A stretch of 63,306 bases of DNA, counting the filler, from Octopus bimaculoides (taxonomy: Eukaryota): NCBI RefSeq assembly GCF_001194135.2. It is 7 parts of 5 records of this genome, joined end to end, with 100 filler letters (N's around TTAATTAATTAA, not from the genome) between each part and the next. Parts side by side here need not be neighbours in the genome. Positions count along the whole stretch, not along the records: positions 24,641 to 50,391 come from NC_068983.1; positions 50,492 to 55,501 come from NC_068983.1; 5 more parts are not named here. One strand, 5' to 3'. This document shows, piece after piece, positions 37,290 to 50,664 of this stretch. The notes beneath the pieces are model-generated. The model did not search any database and had not been told where the DNA came from. It saw only the letters and a program-made list of their open reading frames with translations. The first letter of the stretch is position 1. The number at the start of each line of letters is the position of its first letter. The position numbers and the translations under genes are program-made.

Positions 37290-37455
37290 CAACCGATGCT
37301 GGTGTGTTTATGTCCCCGCAACTTAGTGGTTCGGCAAAAAGAGAACGATAGAATAAGTACTAGGCTTACAAAGAATAAGTCCTGGGGTCGATTAGCTCAA
37401 CTAAAGGCGGTGCTCCAGCATGGCCACAGTCAAATGACTGAAACAAGTAAAAGAG
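37290..37455 (+). mobile_element. SINE family B, 3' half
   Basis: B 3' module ending ATGACTGAAACAAGTAAAAGA. Confidence 0.85.
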
Positions 37456-37849
37456 TATATATGAACAATAAATTAAATAACAGATGATGGATACACATCA
37501 TTTCGTTACAGCTGTAATGAAATCACACATATTCATTGTTTATTTATTTTATTTGTTCATCATACACCTCACTGGAATCCCAACCCATCAGATATTCTGG
37601 AGTATACCAAATACCATACAACCAATACAACCTACACTTTTGGATCAGCCCATAGGCTATCAATATATTCATAAGGGCTAAATTCTCTGTATACATAACC
37701 TGAATATTTCACTACATGTACTTCAGCACCCAGTATATTTATTCAACTAAAGGAGCTGTTTACGAGGTAATTCGACCCACTTGAAGCCTTAATATCGTAC
37801 TACCAAATCCACAAGTTCTTTTTATTCTTTCTCTTTTTCATTCTCTCTC

Positions 37850-37990
37850 TGTTTATTTCTTCGTTTTCCTTTCTGTTGAAGAGCATAGACTCGAAATGTA
37901 AAGGACTTTCTCACGTTCCCAAGCATCAAACTAATACACCTGCTTGTTGTTTATACATCTGTCTTCATCTTTTGTTTTTCTGTAAATTTA
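37850..37990 (+). mobile_element. Repeat with a hammerhead-like core (37873-37900)
   Basis: CTGTTGA-A-GAGC-ATAG-ACTC-GAAAT-GTA; homologous to 60230-60380. Confidence 0.5.
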
Positions 37991-39009
37991 TATATATNNN
38001 NNNNNNNNNNNNNNNNNNNNNNNNNNNNNNNNNNNNNNNNNNNNNNNNNNNNNNNNNNNNNNNNNNNNNNNNNNNNNNNNNNNNNNNNNNNNNNNNNNNN
38101 NNNNNNNNNNNNNNNNNNNNNNNNNNNNNNNNNNNNNNNNNNNNNNNNNNNNNNNNNNNNNNNNNNNNNNNNNNNNNNNNNNNNNNNNNNNNNNNNNNNN
38201 NNNNNNNNNNNNNNNNNNNNNNNNNNNNNNNNNNNNNNNNNNNNNNNNNNNNNNNNNNNNNNNNNNNNNNNNNNNNNNNNNNNNNNNNNNNNNNNNNNNN
38301 NNNNNNNNNNNNNNNNNNNNNNNNNNNNNNNNNNNNNNNNNNNNNNNNNNNNNNNNNNNNNNNNNNNNNNNNNNNNNNNNNNNNNNNNNNNNNNNNNNNN
38401 NNNNNNNNNNNNNNNNNNNNNNNNNNNNNNNNNNNNNNNNNNNNNNNNNNNNNNNNNNNNNNNNNNNNNNNNNNNNNNNNNNNNNNNNNNNNNNNNNNNN
38501 NNNNNNNNNNNNNNNNNNNNNNNNNNNNNNNNNNNNNNNNNNNNNNNNNNNNNNNNNNNNNNNNNNNNNNNNNNNNNNNNNNNNNNNNNNNNNNNNNNNN
38601 NNNNNNNNNNNNNNNNNNNNNNNNNNNNNNNNNNNNNNNNNNNNNNNNNNNNNNNNNNNNNNNNNNNNNNNNNNNNNNNNNNNNNNNNNNNNNNNNNNNN
38701 NNNNNNNNNNNNNNNNNNNNNNNNNNNNNNNNNNNNNNNNNNNNNNNNNNNNNNNNNNNNNNNNNNNNNNNNNNNNNNNNNNNNNNNNNNNNNNNNNNNN
38801 NNNNNNNNNNNNNNNNNNNNNNNNNNNNNNNNNNNNNNNNNNNNNNNNNNNNNNNNNNNNNNNNNNNNNNNNNNNNNNNNNNNNNNNNNNNNNNNNNNNN
38901 NNNNNNNNNNNNNNNNNNNNNNNNNNNNNNNNNNNNNNNNNNNNNNNNNNNNNTATGCATATATCCATACGTATATGTACATACCGACATCTATATGTAT
39001 ACATACAAG

Positions 39010-39187
39010 CATATATGGGTACAGGATATCACAAAACACGTTAAACACAATGAGAAACGAAAACATAAAGACGAAGACAGAAAACGAACTTGTTTTCGAA
39101 CAACGCAAAAAACAGAGAAACGAGGCATGCAACATAAAGAATATTACCCTTCCTCAGTTGTCCCTGCTCCATCTACTCCACGTTTCG

Positions 39188-39190
<3 letters not shown>
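39010..39190 (-). mobile_element. Repeat with hammerhead half-motifs in GAAAC-then-CTGAGGA order
   Basis: Minus strand reads TTCGAAACGTGGAGTAGATGGAGCAGGGACAACTGAGGAAGGG. Confidence 0.35.
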
Positions 39191-39232
<42 letters not shown>

Positions 39233-39893
39233 CATTGCACTTCTTCCGCTGTGAGTGTTTTGTCAGTACACTTATTAGGGAAATATTAATCTGTTTGGTA
39301 TTCAACTCCATTTGAAAATATGATAAGATCAACATGAAATTGGTTAAATATATCTCAACTCATATGCTTAATGACAGAAACATACATAGACACAAGCACT
39401 TACACATATGTAAACACACACACACACACACACACACACATAAACACCCAAACGCACACACGCACGCACACACACACACACACATACACAGACACACACA
39501 AACATACATCAACTTATAGCTTTATCGACTGGCTAATTTATTTTTGTATATACTTTGTTATTATTAACGTTAGCAAGTTCTTCATCAGATACATTAACCC
39601 CCACTTTAAAAACTCCTTTTATCCAAACATCCTTCTCGTCGTCGTCGTCACCACCATCATCATCATCATCATCATCATCATTATCTCAATATGCAGCCTT
39701 TACAAAATAAATATAATCTTGATCATTATCACCCCCATCACCATATGTTTTCCAATATTAAAGACCAAGTAAAGATATTTATTACAATAATTTCTATCTG
39801 CTGCACTCAACAAACCAATTCAACTTGCTGGTTTTGTATAAATAGCTATCAGATCTCTCTCTCTCTGTCTCTCATTCTCTCTCTCTCTCACTT

Positions 39894-39926
<33 letters not shown>

Positions 39927-39942
39927 AATATAAATAATATAA

Positions 39943-39980
<38 letters not shown>

Positions 39981-40387
39981 NNNNNNNNNNNNNNNNNNNN
40001 NNNNNNNNNNNNNNNNNNNNNNNNNNNNNNNNNNNNNNNNNNNNNNNNNNNNNNNNNNNNNNNNNNNNNNNNNNNNNNNNNNNNNNNNNNNNNNNNNNNN
40101 NNNNNNNNNNNNNNNNNNNNNNNNNNNNNNNNNNNNNNNNNNNNNNNNNNNNNNNNNNNNNNNNNNNNNNNNNNNNNNNNNNNNNNNNNNNNNNNNNNNN
40201 NNNNNNNNNNNNNNNNNNNNNNNNNNNNNNNNNNNNNNNNNNNNNNNNNNNNNNNNNNNNNNNNNNNNNNNNNNNNNNNNNNNNNNNNNNNNNNNNNNNN
40301 NNNNNNNNNNNNNNNNNNNNNNNNNNNNNNNNNNNNNNNNNNNNNNNNNNNNNNNNNNNNNNNNNNNNNNNNNNTATATATATATAT

Positions 40388-40530
40388 AGGCATAGGAGTG
40401 GCTGTGTGGTAAGTAGCTTGCTTACCAACCACATGGTTCCGGGTTCAGTCCCACTGTGTGGCATCTTGAACAAGTGTCGTCTACTATAGCCTCAGGCTGA
40501 CCAAAGCCTTGTGAGTGGATATGGTAGACA
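40388..40530 (+). mobile_element. SINE family B, 5' half
   Basis: B head and CORE-like domain. Confidence 0.85.
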
Positions 40531-40715
40531 GAGGCACTAGCAACGACCACACTCGAGTCTGGCAGTACTGGCAACCAAATACCTCAGCTAGTATAATATA
40601 AGAGGAACAAGCTCAGAGTGTGCAAAAATGAGGATTTACTATACTTAGTTGATGGTGTATAACATGCATAATATGGTTTGTTGAGATCATTCATGGCCTA
40701 ATGAGATGATTACAG

Positions 40716-40974
40716 GAGTGCTACTCAACCATGTTTTACCTATGGGTCCATTTGATTCCTGTTTTACTTGGTTGAACCCTCCTAACCATTAAATGCTTTG
40801 AAAATCATATTTTATTTTAATAAATAAATAAATATATTATTATGAATTGTTTAAAAGGATTGTTAAAATATTTTGTGCCTTGCAAATGTCTAACCAATTT
40901 ACAACAGATATATTTTACCAAAATCTTATATCGATTTCCACCAAGAATCATATGGACCTGGTTGAGAACCACTT
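40716..40974. mobile_element. hAT-type MITE (CAGTGGTTCTCAACC-like termini)
   Basis: AGTGCTACTCAACCA ... TGGTTGAGAACCACT inverted ends; TSD not recovered. Confidence 0.55.
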
Positions 40975-41497
40975 TACACTTTAAGTGTTAAGTGTAAATT
41001 TAACACATATGTTGTCTATAAGGGGAATTTCATCTCTTCAGATATCTTGAATCTATCTTAAGGAATTGCCTTTGCAAACATATTTTCATAAAGAAAACTA
41101 TCTTTTGCACAAATCATCAAGCTCAGAAATTTTTGGGCAGAAAACATGAGATTCATTGAAATTATACTCACTTCCCCACCTTCCATAAAAAATAAATTTT
41201 ACTTGTTTATTTGGTGAATAAAAAACACAAATTTTGATTGAGAAAAACACTAACTTCTGACAAGATGACTATTTACACTTTCATGGGACCAGGAAAATGA
41301 AAATGTGCCAATATTTCTTATTAAAAAAATAAATTATGTATGGAGGAAACAAAATGACTACTTATTTGAATGCTTTGAAAAAAGAAAATGAAACAAAAAT
41401 ATATATCAAAATATCAATCTCTCTCCCATGTCTTTTCTCTCTCTCTCTCTCTCTCTGTAAATATGCATGTGTATGTGTATGGATGATTGTGTGTGTA

Positions 41498-41539
<42 letters not shown>

Positions 41540-41689
41540 TGTGTGTGTGTGTGTATTATTGTGGTGGCAGGGAAGAAGAGGTCCTAACCTTGATATATTG
41601 AAATATAAAGTAAAATTACAAACAATTAACTTATATTATTTCTAATAAGTTGCATTGTTTTGGCTTTAAAAAAGAAACTGATAACATCT

Positions 41690-41824
<135 letters not shown>

Positions 41825-42189
41825 TACTAGTAAGATAACAGGGTAATGCCATTAATAAGAGAGGTAGGAAAGAAGATGAGAAGAAATAGAATAAAATAGA
41901 ATAAAATAAAACAGCATAAGATTCAATAAAGTAGGAAATGAAAGAAAAGAAAATAAAGTGAAACAATATTGAATTGTATTCTGTATTGTTTCTCTTTTTT
42001 TATAGACTTCATAGAGTACAAGAAGTACAAAGGGGTTTAAGTTTCTGTAATAGGTTGGGGAATAGAAACTTCTTTTTTAATTACTAAACTTCAAACTCCA
42101 ACCATTTTGCTTGACATACGCCAACACATACACACACGCACACACACACACACACATATATACACACACACACAAATATTCTTTTTTAT

Positions 42190-42385
42190 TCTAGATACAA
42201 GGCCCGAAATTTTTGGAGAGGAGGCTAGTTGATTAGATCAATCCCAGTATGCAACTGGTACTTAATTTATCGATCCCAGAAGGATGAAAGGCAAAGTCAA
42301 CCTCGGTGGAATTTGAACTCAGAACATAAAGACAGACGGAATACCGCCAAGCATTTTACCTGGTGGGCTAACGTTTCTGCCACCT
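42190..42385 (-). mobile_element. SINE family A
   Basis: A head and core on the minus strand. Confidence 0.8.
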
Positions 42386-42521
42386 CACCACCTCACCACC
42401 TCCCAAATCCATCTATCCCAAATCAATGGGACTGAACCTGGAAGCATGTGGTAGGGAAGCAAACATCTTAATCACACCACCACATCCATGCCTATGCAAT
42501 ATTATTCAAAATATATTTATT

Positions 42522-42752
42522 AAGGCGGTGAGCTGGCAGAATCGTTAGCATGCCGGGCAAAATGCTTAGCAGTATTTCATCTGCCATTACAGTCTGAGTT
42601 CAAACTCCACCAAGATCGACTGCCTTTCATCCTTTCGGGGTAGATTAAATAAGCACCAGTTATGCACTGGGGTCGATGTAATCGACTTAAACCCTTTGTC
42701 TGTCCTTGTTTGTATCCTCTATGTCTAGCCCCTTGTGGGCAATAAAGAAATA
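42522..42752 (+). mobile_element. SINE family A, long-tail subfamily, with 18-bp TSD
   Basis: TSD AATATTATTCAAAATATA at 42498-42515 and 42753-42770; tail ends CCCCTTGTGGGCAATAAAGAAAT. Confidence 0.9.
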
Positions 42753-42775
42753 AATATTATTCAAAATATACTTAT

Positions 42776-42953
42776 AGGTACAGGAGTGGTTGTGTGGTAA
42801 GTAGCTTGCTTACCAACCACATGGTTCCGAGTTCAATCCCACTGCGTGAAACCTTGGGCAAGTGTCTTCTACTATAGCCTCGGGCTATAGTAGAGTGGAT
42901 TTAGTAGACGGAAACTGACAGAAGCCCGTCGTATATATATATATGTATCTATA

Positions 42954-43010
<57 letters not shown>

Positions 43011-43225
43011 ATGTTTGTGTGTCTGTGTTTGTCTCCCCCAAGATCGCTTGACGACCGATGCTGGTGTGTTTACGTCCCCGTAACATAGTGGTTCAGCAAA
43101 AAGAGACCGATAGAATAAGTACTAGGCTTACTAAGAATAAGTCCTGGGGTCGATTTGCTCGACTAAAGGCAGTGCTCCAGCATGGCTGCAGTCAAAATGA
43201 CTGAAACAAGTAAAAGAATAAAAGA
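42776..43225 (+). mobile_element. SINE family B, full length
   Basis: All modules are present; contains a fold-back mutation at 42868-42894. Confidence 0.92.
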
Positions 43226-45659
43226 AAATCCCTTGGAATATTTGTTCTGTCTCTTTAGGTTTTTGACTTCAAATTCTACAAAGATGAACTTTGCCTTTTA
43301 ATCTTCTGGGATCTGATAACATAAAGTGCCAATTCTGAGTGGTTGACTGGCAGTGATGTTAAAATATTGGACAAAATTCTTTATGGATATTTTTCCAGTA
43401 TTTCATGTTCTGAGTAACCAGGCAGGTGTAACAAACTTGTTTGTATGTAACCAATATGATGGTGTTATGCAAAATTACATTGGCAGGAGAGCAACAGAAA
43501 AATAAGAGGATATAACATTTGGAATTCACAATACAGTTCTATGGAAAATACACAGAAGTCTGTCAAAGAATTAATCAGATACCATTTGTTGACATGACTG
43601 CAAGGGAAAGGAAAATGAATACATCTATATTCATATTTTGCAACAATACCGAATCATGTGACAAATATTGAAGTCAACCAGCAGACAAACAGCTGATAGA
43701 AATTTTTAATTGGTGAAAATATTTAGAGAAGATAATTAATTACATATCATCAATTTGTCAACACAGCACTGTCAACATCATCATTATCGTCGTTGTCGTT
43801 GTCGTCATCATCGTCAGCGGCATCTCCATTATCTCCATCATTGTTGTCCCCTCTTTCCCATGCTCCTCCTCCTCCTTGTCATGCTAATCGCCATCATCAA
43901 CATTATTACCAGTGGACAATCAGTGATTTTTGTTAGCATTACTACAATCGTCATCGTTGTCGTCATCATCAGCAGCAGCATCGTCATTAGCAACAGCATC
44001 ATCATCATCATCATCATCATAATCATCATCATCATCATCATCACCGTTATCATTACCATTGTCATCATTGTTATTGGTCTCATCAAATCATCACTGTCAT
44101 TGTCATCATCATCATCATCATTGTCGTTGTCATCATAAATGCAACTACTTTCATTTATTTCTCTTTGAATTCATATGTTTAATATTCTAAACTTAATTCA
44201 TTATCTCCCCCCCCACCCAACCGCAAAAAAATTCTTTCAATTTTGAAAAGTTAACGTATTCTAGAAAATTAAATAAATTCCACTTTCTTTTAAATTTGAA
44301 AATGAAATAAAATAAATAAATGAAAACATAATGGTACATCCGATCTCTAATCTGGATTTCATACTTTAATTATTTATTTCCTTGACGACAAATATTCAAC
44401 CAAACTTCCATATGCAGACAAACTCTTTACATACAGTAGAATATTCCAGCAGAATCATTTAAACTAAAAATTTAAATGCCTTTCAGTTATTCTACAAAGA
44501 TTATCTTCTATCTTCATTTCAAATCTTAAAGAAATTTCTAAATCGCAGACAAACTTCCTCCAGTTATTTCTTTAGTTAAGAATCTATTCTAAAAAGTTAA
44601 AATTTGCTATAAATCTTACCTTAATTATTATTCTCAGTTTTTCATTAATTACTTATAAATTCTTCATTCTTAATTGCGTTACAATCAACAAATCAAGACA
44701 GTTAATTATGTATGCATCAAATTATTTCATTCAGTGAGTTTTATCTTGCTGAAGTAAGATGTTGTGGCCTGCTGCTTGCATTTCCTTTAAACATCTCATG
44801 AGGTTAGTGATTTTCTGTGGCTATTTGAGTTATATATATTAGCTCTTATTTCTAGCACTTGTAGGTGCTATTTTTGCATCATTATTTATGTATTTTGGTT
44901 TTCAGTTGCTTTATCCACCTACATTATAATGCATTTAATATATCATAATATTATTTCTATATTTAAGAGATGAGGAATTATGTATATTATTTACATTATC
45001 TACATTTGACAGATATTTGTCAGCCATCGTGCCATCCTCTGAAAAATTTGATCCCTTCAATTAAGACATAGTGCTTCATTCGATAGATAATGCTTCAGTT
45101 GGTCATCAGAGGACCTTCATTAGAGAAACGAATTCACACAAACAATGGCAATGTTGTTGTTGAAGATGATGATGATAATGATGAAGATGATGATGATGTG
45201 GTGGTGGGGTGATGGTGGTGGTGACGGTGGTGAATATATGTATGTATATATGTGTACTTGTATTATGTATATATACGTATATATTCATATATATATATNN
45301 NNNNNNNNNNNNNNNNNNNNNNNNNNNNNNNNNNNNNNNNNNNNNNNNNNNNNNNNNNNNNNNNNNNNNNNNNNNNNNNNNNNNNNNNNNNNNNNNNNNN
45401 NNNNNNNNNNNNNNNNNNNNNNNNNNNNNNNNNNNNNNNNNNNNNNNNNNNNNNNNNNNNNNNNNNNNNNNNNNNNNNNNNNNNNNNNNNNNNNNNNNNN
45501 NNNNNNNNNNNNNNNNNNNNNNNNNNNNNNNNNNNNNNNNNNNNNNNNNNNNNNNNNNNNNNNNNNNNNNNNNNNNNNNNNNNNNNNNNNNNNNNNNNNN
45601 NNNNNNNNNNNNNNNNNNNNNNNNNNNNNNNNNNNNNNNNNNNNNNNNNNNNNNNNNNN

Positions 45660-45728
<69 letters not shown>

Positions 45729-45773
45729 ATATATGTATATAAATATGTGTATATATATATATGTATATATAAG

Positions 45774-45820
<47 letters not shown>

Positions 45821-46577
45821 ATGCATGTATGAATGGGTATCCTTTCAATTTAAAGTTTACCTTAGCTACTGCTTCAGGCATCATGACATAGAAATTTAAC
45901 AATAATAAATCTTGATTTCGTTATGATAGGCTGCACCAAATTTTATTCTGTCTTGATTTATTGTCTCGTGGATACCTTAGGGGAACATCGCGTAATTCAT
46001 CTGCTGTTAACAGCTTCTGTCTATCCCAAAACCCACATCTCTCTGCCCAGAGCCCTCTGCTTCATTCCCTCTATTTTTTCTCTCAGTATATATATATATA
46101 TATATATATATATNNNNNNNNNNNNNNNNNNNNNNNNNNNNNNNNNNNNNNNNNNNNNNNNNNNNNNNNNNNNNNNNNNNNNNNNNNNNNNNNNNNNNNN
46201 NNNNNNNNNNNNNNNNNNNNNNNNNNNNNNNNNNNNNNNNNNNNNNNNNNNNNNNNNNNNNNNNNNNNNNNNNNNNNNNNNNNNNNNNNNNNNNNNNNNN
46301 NNNNNNNNNNNNNNNNNNNNNNNNNNNNNNNNNNNNNNNNNNNNNNNNNNNNNNNNNNNNNNNNNNNNNNNNNNNNNNNNNNNNNNNNNNNNNNNNNNNN
46401 NNNNNNNNNNNNNNNNNNNNNNNNNNNNNNNNNNNNNNNNNNNNNNNNNNNNNNNNNNNNNNNNNNNNNNNNNNNNNNNNNNNNNNNNNNNNNNNNNNNN
46501 NNNNNNNNNNNNNNNNNNNNNNNNNNNNNNNNNNNNNNNNNNNNNNNNNNNNNNNNNNNNNNNNNNNNNNNNNNNNN

Positions 46578-46625
<48 letters not shown>

Positions 46626-47014
46626 CTTTCTCTTCCTCTTTCTCTCACTCTCTCTTCCTCTCTCACTCTGTGCCTCTCCCTCTTTCTCCCTCCCCCCTGC
46701 CACTCTTTCACTTTGAATAAATTACTGCAGCATTTCAAATTTTATGTAAATATTTATTATTTAATTATTTTTGAAAATTTCGGAAATAAATATGCCTGCA
46801 AGGTATAGAAAATATATATGAAGTGGTAGAGATTTATATATCATATTATATATATCATATTATATTATGCTATACCATATTTCGTTAGATTATATTATAT
46901 CATATTATATCACACCACATCATATCATATTTAAGCTAGGTGAAGGAAAAGTCGCATTTTCTTTCCTCACCAATCAGTATAATAATAACTTATATCAAGG
47001 GATTGAATGTTTGT

Positions 47015-47140
47015 GGCCTAGTGTTTAAAGCACTTGGCTCATAGGGACAAGGCTGTCAGTTCAATTCCTTGACTGCACGCTGCAGTGTAGCATTGAGTAA
47101 AACACTTTAATTCTTGTTGCTCGGGTCTACTCTTCTGTAA
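47015..47140 (+). mobile_element. Old SINE family D head and core
   Basis: GTGGCCTAGTGTTTAAAGC...GTTCAATTCC...ATTGAGTAAAACACTT. Confidence 0.55.
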
Positions 47141-47424
47141 TGACTGCCAACTTTTGGTGACTCTAAATAAAAGTATAAAACTGCTGACCTGTTAATTCTT
47201 TAACCACCTGTAAGTATTCCTTTCTGATTTTGTGGCAACACCATTCTTCAGGCTCTCTGGCAGTGTGGTGAGTGGATAGGGGTGAGATCTGACCCAGCAC
47301 TCTTTCCAGTTTCGAAGATTGAGTAGGGGGTGGTGCTACTTTTAGTCCAAATGTTCTCCTATGCCAAGGGCAGGTGGTGAGAGGGAGAGGAGTTCATTGT
47401 CTGCTGATGATTACATGGACAGCT

Positions 47425-47820
47425 ACGTTTTTTTGTTTTGTTTTCCTTCAATTGTTTCAGTCATATGACAGCGGCCATGCTGGAGCATCGCCTTTAGTCG
47501 AGCAAATCGACCCCCGGACTTATTCTCTGTAAGCCTAGTACTTATTCTATCGGTATCTCTTGCCGGACCGCTGGGTGACGGAGACGTAAACACATGGTCA
47601 TGCGATGTTGGGGGACAAACACAGACACAAAGACATGCACCCATAGATATATATATGATGGGCTTCTTTTAGTTTTCACTCTCCTAAATCCACTCACAAG
47701 GCTTTGGTCAGCCTGAGGCTATAGTAGAAGACACTTGCCGAAGGTGCCACACAGTGGGAATGAACCTGCAACCATGTGGTTGGGAAGCAAGCTTCTTACC
47801 ACACAGCCACGCCTGCACCT
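47425..47820 (-). mobile_element. SINE family B, full length
   Basis: All B modules on the minus strand. Confidence 0.9.
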
Positions 47821-48026
47821 ATATATATATACATATATACATCCCCATAATTTAGTCGTTCAGGTTTAAGACAATAAGTTCTGTGCTTGATTCATTTCAC
47901 TCAAACTTTTCCAAGGCAGTGCCCCAGTGTGGCCACAGTCTAATGACTGACACAAGTACAAGAGAAGATAAAAGATGGATGAATGGATAGATGGATAGAT
48001 ATATGCATTTGTATATATAGATAGGG

Positions 48027-48060
<34 letters not shown>

Positions 48061-48154
48061 GCAGGCAGGCAGGCAGGCAGGCAAGCAGACACACAGAAGA
48101 CAGACAGACAGACAGACAGATAGATAGATAGATAGATAGATCGATAGATAGATC

Positions 48155-48203
<49 letters not shown>

Positions 48204-48260
48204 GCAAACATACAGACAGATAGATCGATTGACAGGCAGACAGGCAGGCAGACAGGCAGG

Positions 48261-48296
<36 letters not shown>

Positions 48297-48303
48297 TGGA
48301 TAA

Positions 48304-48352
<49 letters not shown>

Positions 48353-48849
48353 CAGACAGCTAGACAGATGGATAGACAGATAGACAGATAGACAGGCACA
48401 GAGAGAGAGATTTAGGCTTTCCGTCATATAACCCAGCTTTTCACCTTGTTCTCAATCCTGTCCCGTCGCCATTTCCTCTTCCTTCTTCCCAGCCATATTC
48501 CTTCATCATCGCTTCTTACAATCCCTCATACCTCCACCAAGGATCATCACCCACTCTTTCTTCTGTTCTCACAGTTACAAATTATATTTTTGAATAAATT
48601 CTGTCATACTTTTAAAATTCACATTGATTCTCTTTGGCAATTTATGAAACAAACCACTTTTCGTTTCTAGCTTGCTTCTTTTCATTCTTTGCTTTTAAGC
48701 CCTGCATTTTTTTTCCCCCATTCCGTCACCATAGTAATTAAAATTCAGAGCAGAGGAACTAATCAGCATTTCTGTTTCTAAATTAGAATGTGTTTTCAAT
48801 TGCAGGGTAATTGCTGAAAGCCAAAAGAGAGCAAAGAGAATAGCTTGGA

Positions 48850-49352
48850 CACTAAACTCAGCTTGTGAAGACCTGTTGGGGCAAGTGAGATTGAAACTGA
48901 ACCTAATTCGATGACTGGCACCTGTGCCAGTGGAGTGCTAACAGCACCATCTGAGCAGGATCACTGCCAGAGCAGTGGTGTCACTTCCGTGCTGGTGGCA
49001 CGTAAAAAGCACCATTTGAGCAAGATCATTTCCAGCTTCACCTTACTGGCACTCATGCCAGTGGCATGCGAACAAAGCATTGGACTGAGTCCTGTGCAGG
49101 TAGCACATAAAAAAACACCATTTGTGCATGGCCATTGCCAGTACCGCCGGACTGGCCCTCGTGCCAGTGGCATGTAAAAAGCACCCACTACTCTCTCGGA
49201 GTGGTTGGCATTAGAAAGGCCATCCAGCTGTAGAAACCCTGCCAGATCAGATTGGAGTCTTGTGTAGCCATCTGGTTCACCAGTCCCTAGTCAAATCGTC
49301 CAACCCATGCTAGCATGGAAAGCGGGCGTTAAATGATGATGATGATGGTGAT
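48850..49352 (+). mobile_element. RTE-tail element (family E); further fragment at about 50170-50310
   Basis: Internal GTGCCAGTGGCA-type repeats; ends GCATGGAAAGCGGGCGTTAAATGATGATG. Confidence 0.8.
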
Positions 49353-49599
49353 GGACTGACCAAAGCCTTGGAAAAGGATTTGATAGATACAATCTAAATG
49401 TAGCCTGTTTTATATATACCCAATCATACTTCACACTACATCATTAATTAGTTCGAGAGAATACCACTTAAGTAGAAATAACCATTATTTAAATGTATAT
49501 ACATGTAATAATTAAAACTTAGGCTACCCTAGGTTGTTTCTATGTTAGCCTAAGAATTCAGTAAATTGTAAGGCAAGCTTAGGCTGTTTTTATATTAGA

Positions 49600-49985
49600 A
49601 ACAAATAATTTCAAACGCTGTACTGTTGCCTACCTGATGGCTGACATCGGTGTTACTTGTTGAGGCTGGTGCTGGAGGATGCAGATGAGATTACACACTA
49701 GATGTCAACGGTTGGGGATTGTCAGCTGACTCCTGTTATGATGGTGTAGATCGTTGTGTGAACATGTCTAAAGTTCCTTGAATTGTCTTTTTCTTCTTCT
49801 CTTCAAGGATTGGTAATAAAGTGCAACAGTATCTTGACAACACACCAATATTTTTACAAAACGTTGTGCATTGGGATCCATTTCCTCAAATAAAACAAGA
49901 CATTTATCTAAATGAAAAAATGCCTCTTGCATTTTCTTCAGCGTAAAACAACGAGGCTTGGAATCAACGATGCATACTGTATTTC
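49600..49985 (-). mobile_element. Tigger/pogo transposase C-terminal relic
   Basis: PRCFTLKKMQEAFFHLDKCLVLFEEMDPNAQRFVKI...EEKKKKTIQGTLDMF resembles the Tigger1 C-terminus (FTxxEM..F...FExxDPNxER...YDEKK). Confidence 0.75.
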
Positions 49986-50664
49986 AACATTAATTTTAAT
50001 ATCCTATACAGATTATATGCTTCTATTGCTCTTTTATTTATTTCCCGGAGATAAATACGAACGTAACCAATCGATACAACCATGAACTACAGTATGGTAT
50101 GAACATTATTGCTGTTTTGCCAGGCGACGTCAATTAATTCTATATTTAATATTTATTTAATAACGTGGTTAATGCCAGTACCCACTGACTGGCTCCCGTG
50201 CTGGTGGTGGCACATAAAAAGCACTATCTGAACGTGATCGATGCCAGGCCCACCTGACAGCCTCCTGTGCTGGTCACATGTAAAAAGCACCCACTACACT
50301 CTCGGAATGGTCGGTGTAGTCAAGCGATGTTGGGGGGACAAACACAGCCACACAAACATATATACAGGCATACATACATACATACATATATNNNNNNNNN
50401 NNNNNNNNNNNNNNNNNNNNNNNNNNNNNNNNNNNTTAATTAATTAANNNNNNNNNNNNNNNNNNNNNNNNNNNNNNNNNNNNNNNNNNNNTATATATAT
50501 ATATATATATATATAAGAAGTTTGAAAACGCCACTATATAAAATAAATTTTAATTTATAATTTTCTCAGAGATAGTATGTAGTCCTTTTTCTATAACGCA
50601 TTCTGTATTGTATGTATGTGTTCTTGTAGTTAACAATCTTTTTTATCTTTTTTCTTTCTCACTT

